Below are positions 60,688-64,000 of a stretch of 64,000 bases of DNA, piece after piece. The position numbers and the translations under genes are program-made. Position 1 is the stretch's first letter; every line of letters begins with the position of its first letter. This DNA comes from an uncultured virus (IMG/VR IMGVR_UViG_3300029705_000112) (taxonomy: Duplodnaviria > Heunggongvirae > Uroviricota > Caudoviricetes): the IMG/VR virus record IMGVR_UViG_3300029705_000112; one strand, 5' to 3'. The notes below the pieces were generated by a model. It saw only the letters and a program-made list of their open reading frames with translations, did not search any database and was not told where the DNA came from.

Positions 60688-61563
60688 ATGATTATGGCAG
60701 TAGCAAACACTATTTCCAATTTCCAGCAGACTATTTGGAGTAAGTCCATTCTGCGCTCCCTTGAGAAGATCACTTCTCTGCGCAATCACTGCAACTTCCA
60801 GTACGAGAAGGAAGCAGAAAACGCAAAAGAGGTTAAGATCCTCTCTGTAAACCGCCCCACCATCCGCACCTACGTGCCCGGTACTGCTCTTGTAAGAGAG
60901 AGCGCAGCAGACAGCTCCCAGCTGCTCCAGCTGAATCAGTACAGATACTTCAACTTTGAGGTTGAGGATATCGTAAAGGCACAGAGTGTTCCGGGCTTGA
61001 TGGAAGCCCTGACCGATGAAGCAGGCAAGGGTCTTGCTCTTGAGGGTGACAAGTACGTTGCATCCGTGGTAAAGGCAGACGTTGAAGCAACCACTCCCAC
61101 CGTGTCGGTTTCTCCTTCTGTGATCACGCTGACCGCTACCAACGCAATGGCATCCGTTGAGGACGGCTTTGCCACTCTGTACGCAAACGACTGCAAGGTG
61201 TCCGACACCTTCTACCTTGAGGTAGCACCCAAGGTATTCACCACCTACCGCCAGCAGCTCACCGAGCTGTCTACCAACAACCCCGAAATTCTCAAGAAGG
61301 GCGCGGTTGGTAAGATCAACAACGCATTCGTGTGCATCGAGAACTGCCTGCCTACCGGCAAGAAGGCTTCCGGCAGCACCGCAGATGATGTGTACTACAA
61401 CATTCTGCGTACCGACAAGGCGATTGCCTTTGCAGAGCAGATCGACAAGGTAGAGAAGTACCGCCCCGAGGACGCATTCACCGATGCTGTCAAGGGCCTG
61501 TACGTATTTGGCGCGAAGATCGTTCGCCCCAAGGAAATCTACGTCATGAAAACCGAAATGTAA
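60688..61563 (+). CDS. major capsid protein, P22 gp5-like (phage B)
   Basis: FQQTIWSKSIL...AIAFAEQI..VE.YR....F.DAVKGLYVFGAKIVRP. Confidence 0.85.
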   Translation: MIMAVANTISNFQQTIWSKSILRSLEKITSLRNHCNFQYEKEAENAKEVKILSVNRPTIRTYVPGTALVRESAADSSQLLQLNQYRYFNFEVEDIVKAQSVPGLMEALTDEAGKGLALEGDKYVASVVKADVEATTPTVSVSPSVITLTATNAMASVEDGFATLYANDCKVSDTFYLEVAPKVFTTYRQQLTELSTNNPEILKKGAVGKINNAFVCIENCLPTGKKASGSTADDVYYNILRTDKAIAFAEQIDKVEKYRPEDAFTDAVKGLYVFGAKIVRPKEIYVMKTEM

Positions 61564-61629
61564 TTACAAAAAACAAGGGGCACGGCTGCAATGTGGGTCG
61601 TGCCCCCACTTTACACAAAGGAGTAACCT

Positions 61630-61995
61630 ATGAGCAACGTGAACAATGAACTGTTTACAGTAAAGCCCAGCCTTAGTCAATACTACGGCAGAACGGTCAC
61701 AAAAGAAATGCGGTTTGATGAAATCACCGAGAACGGAGAAATTCATCAGACCTTGGAAAACTGCGTGCTGACCACCGAGATCAACCGAGAGTGGATGCAG
61801 GGCGATATCAAGAACGAGCTGCACAGCGTTCAAAAGGAAACGCTGCCCGAGGGCACGATCATCATTTGGAGCGAATTGCAGGGCTATATCGTTCCGAACG
61901 TGCCTATGTACAAGCTTAAGGACCTTGAAGAGGAAATCGCAGCAATCAAGGAGATTTACCGTGATAACACGGATATCAACCCTTGTGGGGAGTAA
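61630..61995 (+). CDS. hypothetical protein
   Basis: ORF with AGGAG RBS after the capsid gene. Confidence 0.6.
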   Translation: MSNVNNELFTVKPSLSQYYGRTVTKEMRFDEITENGEIHQTLENCVLTTEINREWMQGDIKNELHSVQKETLPEGTIIIWSELQGYIVPNVPMYKLKDLEEEIAAIKEIYRDNTDINPCGE

Positions 61996-62142
61996 TAAAT
62001 AAGGGCATAAATCAGCCTACATAGATAGGACTACCGAGCGTATAGCTCAATGCCCTTTTTTGGGGGGATGGTGCAAGCCTTCCCCTCTTTTTGTGAATAT
62101 AGAACAAAACTTTCTGTATTGACGAAAGGAAGGTAAGAAAAT

Positions 62143-64000
62143 ATGTATCAAGTAAACGAAGATAACTCTATCTACGTAACAAGGGGCGATATTGTCCTTA
62201 TGTCTGTTTCCGCAGAGAAGGACGGCGTGCCCTATACGTTTATGCCGGGTGACCTTTTGCGCATCAAGGTCTACAAGAAAAAGAAAGCTACCGAGGTTGC
62301 ATTGGAGAAGGATTTCCCGGTGACCGAGGTAACGCAGAAAGTGCAGCTCTATCTGTCGGGAGAAGATACCAAGATCGGTGACGTGATCTCCAAGCCGGTT
62401 GACTATTGGTACGAGGTTGAGCTCAATCCCTTGAGTGATCCGCAGACCATTATTGGCTATGACGAGGACGGCGCAAAGGTGTTCAAGCTGTTCCCGGAAG
62501 GTGCAGACAAGGAAGTCGAGGAATACAAGCCGGGCGAGGAAGAATTGCTCTCGCGCTTTATGGATGACGAGCTTGACGTGACTTCAAAGCATCCTGTTGA
62601 AAATCAGGTGATTGCAAGAGCCTTTTTGCAGCTGGAAGCGAGCCACAAGGCAACGCATGAAGCGGTGGCCGCATCTCACGTCACTCCGCAGATGTACGGC
62701 GCGGTCGGTGACGGCGTTGCGGATGATACCGAGGCTTTGCAAAAAGCGTTTGCCGCTACAAAGTCGGGGCAGACGTTGCGCTTGCCTGACGGCGAATATT
62801 TGTTGAGCAAACAAATCGTGATCACCAACGATATGAGCGTTGTGTCTGTTTCGGGCGTGATCGTGGGGAGCAGCCTGCAAATTGACGGAACAGATGTGAC
62901 TTTGAGCGGTGTAACATTCCGCGACACCAAGGCAAACGCTATCGAGCTTATCAATGGCGCAACGCTGACCGCAGACAAGTGCCGGTTTGAAAACATCGGC
63001 ATCCGTGACGATTTGGACGAAACGAGTCAAGGGTGCGGCATTTATGCAGGCGGCGAATTTGAGATCAGGGTTTACAATTCCGTATTCGACAAGTGCCATG
63101 GACACGGAGCAATTTTCTGCGGCGGTGCAGGAAAGGTTGACGTAAAGGGCTGTTACTTCCGTGAGAATTATTATCGCGCAATCCAGCTTTACGGAGAGGG
63201 CGTTACAAGCGGTACGATTTTCGGAAACTACATTGAGGATTGCGGCAAGCATAATCAGACCGGTAGCGGAGTCGGGTGCAACGGCGTTTATTCTACAAAC
63301 GGATCGGGCGTTGTGCTTGAGGGCAACACGATCATGAACAGCAGAGAAAATGCTGTTGAGGGAGCTTTTTTGCGAGTTGTCGGGAACTATATCAACGGTA
63401 CAGGCGTTGAAATCGAAACAAAGCCCACTCCGTCCAACGAGGGCATCTTTGTTGTACCTTCTGTTCCTGCTTTCGTTGCTGATAACATCATTCTGAACGC
63501 AGGCGGCTACGGTATCAAGTCGTACAGCGATACTGCGATTACACAACCCATATACATCAAGGGTAACATCATTCGAGGCTCGGGCTCGGGAGCAATCGAC
63601 ATTAACTCGCCCGAATCTGTGAGCAACGTTTTCGTGATAGACAATACTGTGGACGGTGACGTAAATCTGAATAATGCCAATGATACGGACGTGTACGTTG
63701 GTGACATTTCCAAATTGAACGGCAAGCCTGACATTTCAAGAAACAAAGCAATTTTGGACTACTACCACTATTTCGATCAGGTATCTCCGTTCACAAGCAG
63801 CAACTGCACGCCCACGATCAGCACCGACAGCGACGGGGCGAGTTATGCCAACATTCCCTACCAAGAGTACGCAAAGCTGACGTATGCGTTGCCTTCTCTC
63901 AAAAGCGTGAAGCACCTGCTGTATATTGCGGTTTGCGGCAAGGGAAAATTCACCGTAAACATCACAAAAAATAATCAGTATTACAGAAACGTCCTTGCAA
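62143..64000 (+). CDS. tailspike-like right-handed beta-helix (pectate-lyase-3-like) protein, 3'-truncated
   Basis: Open frame from ATG 62143 (MYQVNEDNSIYVTRGD); YGAVGDGVADDTEALQKA motif and Asn-rich beta-helix repeats; absent from the ORF track because it has no stop in the window. Confidence 0.8.
   Translation, partial: MYQVNEDNSIYVTRGDIVLMSVSAEKDGVPYTFMPGDLLRIKVYKKKKATEVALEKDFPVTEVTQKVQLYLSGEDTKIGDVISKPVDYWYEVELNPLSDPQTIIGYDEDGAKVFKLFPEGADKEVEEYKPGEEELLSRFMDDELDVTSKHPVENQVIARAFLQLEASHKATHEAVAASHVTPQMYGAVGDGVADDTEALQKAFAATKSGQTLRLPDGEYLLSKQIVITNDMSVVSVSGVIVGSSLQIDGTDVTLSGVTFRDTKANAIELINGATLTADKCRFENIGIRDDLDETSQGCGIYAGGEFEIRVYNSVFDKCHGHGAIFCGGAGKVDVKGCYFRENYYRAIQLYGEGVTSGTIFGNYIEDCGKHNQTGSGVGCNGVYSTNGSGVVLEGNTIMNSRENAVEGAFLRVVGNYINGTGVEIETKPTPSNEGIFVVPSVPAFVADNIILNAGGYGIKSYSDTAITQPIYIKGNIIRGSGSGAIDINSPESVSNVFVIDNTVDGDVNLNNANDTDVYVGDISKLNGKPDISRNKAILDYYHYFDQVSPFTSSNCTPTISTDSDGASYANIPYQEYAKLTYALPSLKSVKHLLYIAVCGKGKFTVNITKNNQYYRNVLA

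Noticed and set aside
1..64000. Stop-codon reassignment
   Set aside because: Genes are full length and densely packed under the standard code; the only break (terL) is explained by the split intein

Overview
The window is entirely temperate, podovirus-like phage DNA. The host is probably a Bacillota/Clostridia member, inferred from the Prp protease with LQLFA motifs and the SigA-type promoters. It contains two non-identical virion morphogenesis modules on the same strand. Phage A (1 to ~25-27.8 kb) runs: late-early accessory genes, dUTPase, TerS, a TerL fractured by a naturally split intein with a free-standing HNH gene between the halves, portal, phage-encoded Prp protease, tRNA-Thr, scaffold and major capsid protein (both with Prp cleavage motifs), adaptor, nozzle, a 3045-aa polyvalent ejection-type protein and fibre genes. 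Phage B (~27.8 kb to the end, circularly permuted) runs: adaptor, nozzle, a 3245-aa polyvalent protein, holin and endolysin, an apparently intact attP, large serine integrase, repressor/Cro switch, early genes, an antisense PcfK(AcrIIA9-like)/PcfJ operon, then TerS, TerL, portal, scaffold, capsid and a tailspike that runs off the window. The most notable observations are: (1) both giant proteins have a HExxH metallopeptidase followed by enzyme-like cassettes, each bounded by a protein-specific short motif, suggesting self-processing injected effector polyproteins; (2) the split-intein terminase; (3) a four-copy phage-specific late promoter with a candidate small activator; (4) the two-phage fusion, which may be a real cointegrate or an assembly chimera. 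All product calls come from motif recognition by eye; no database searches were run.
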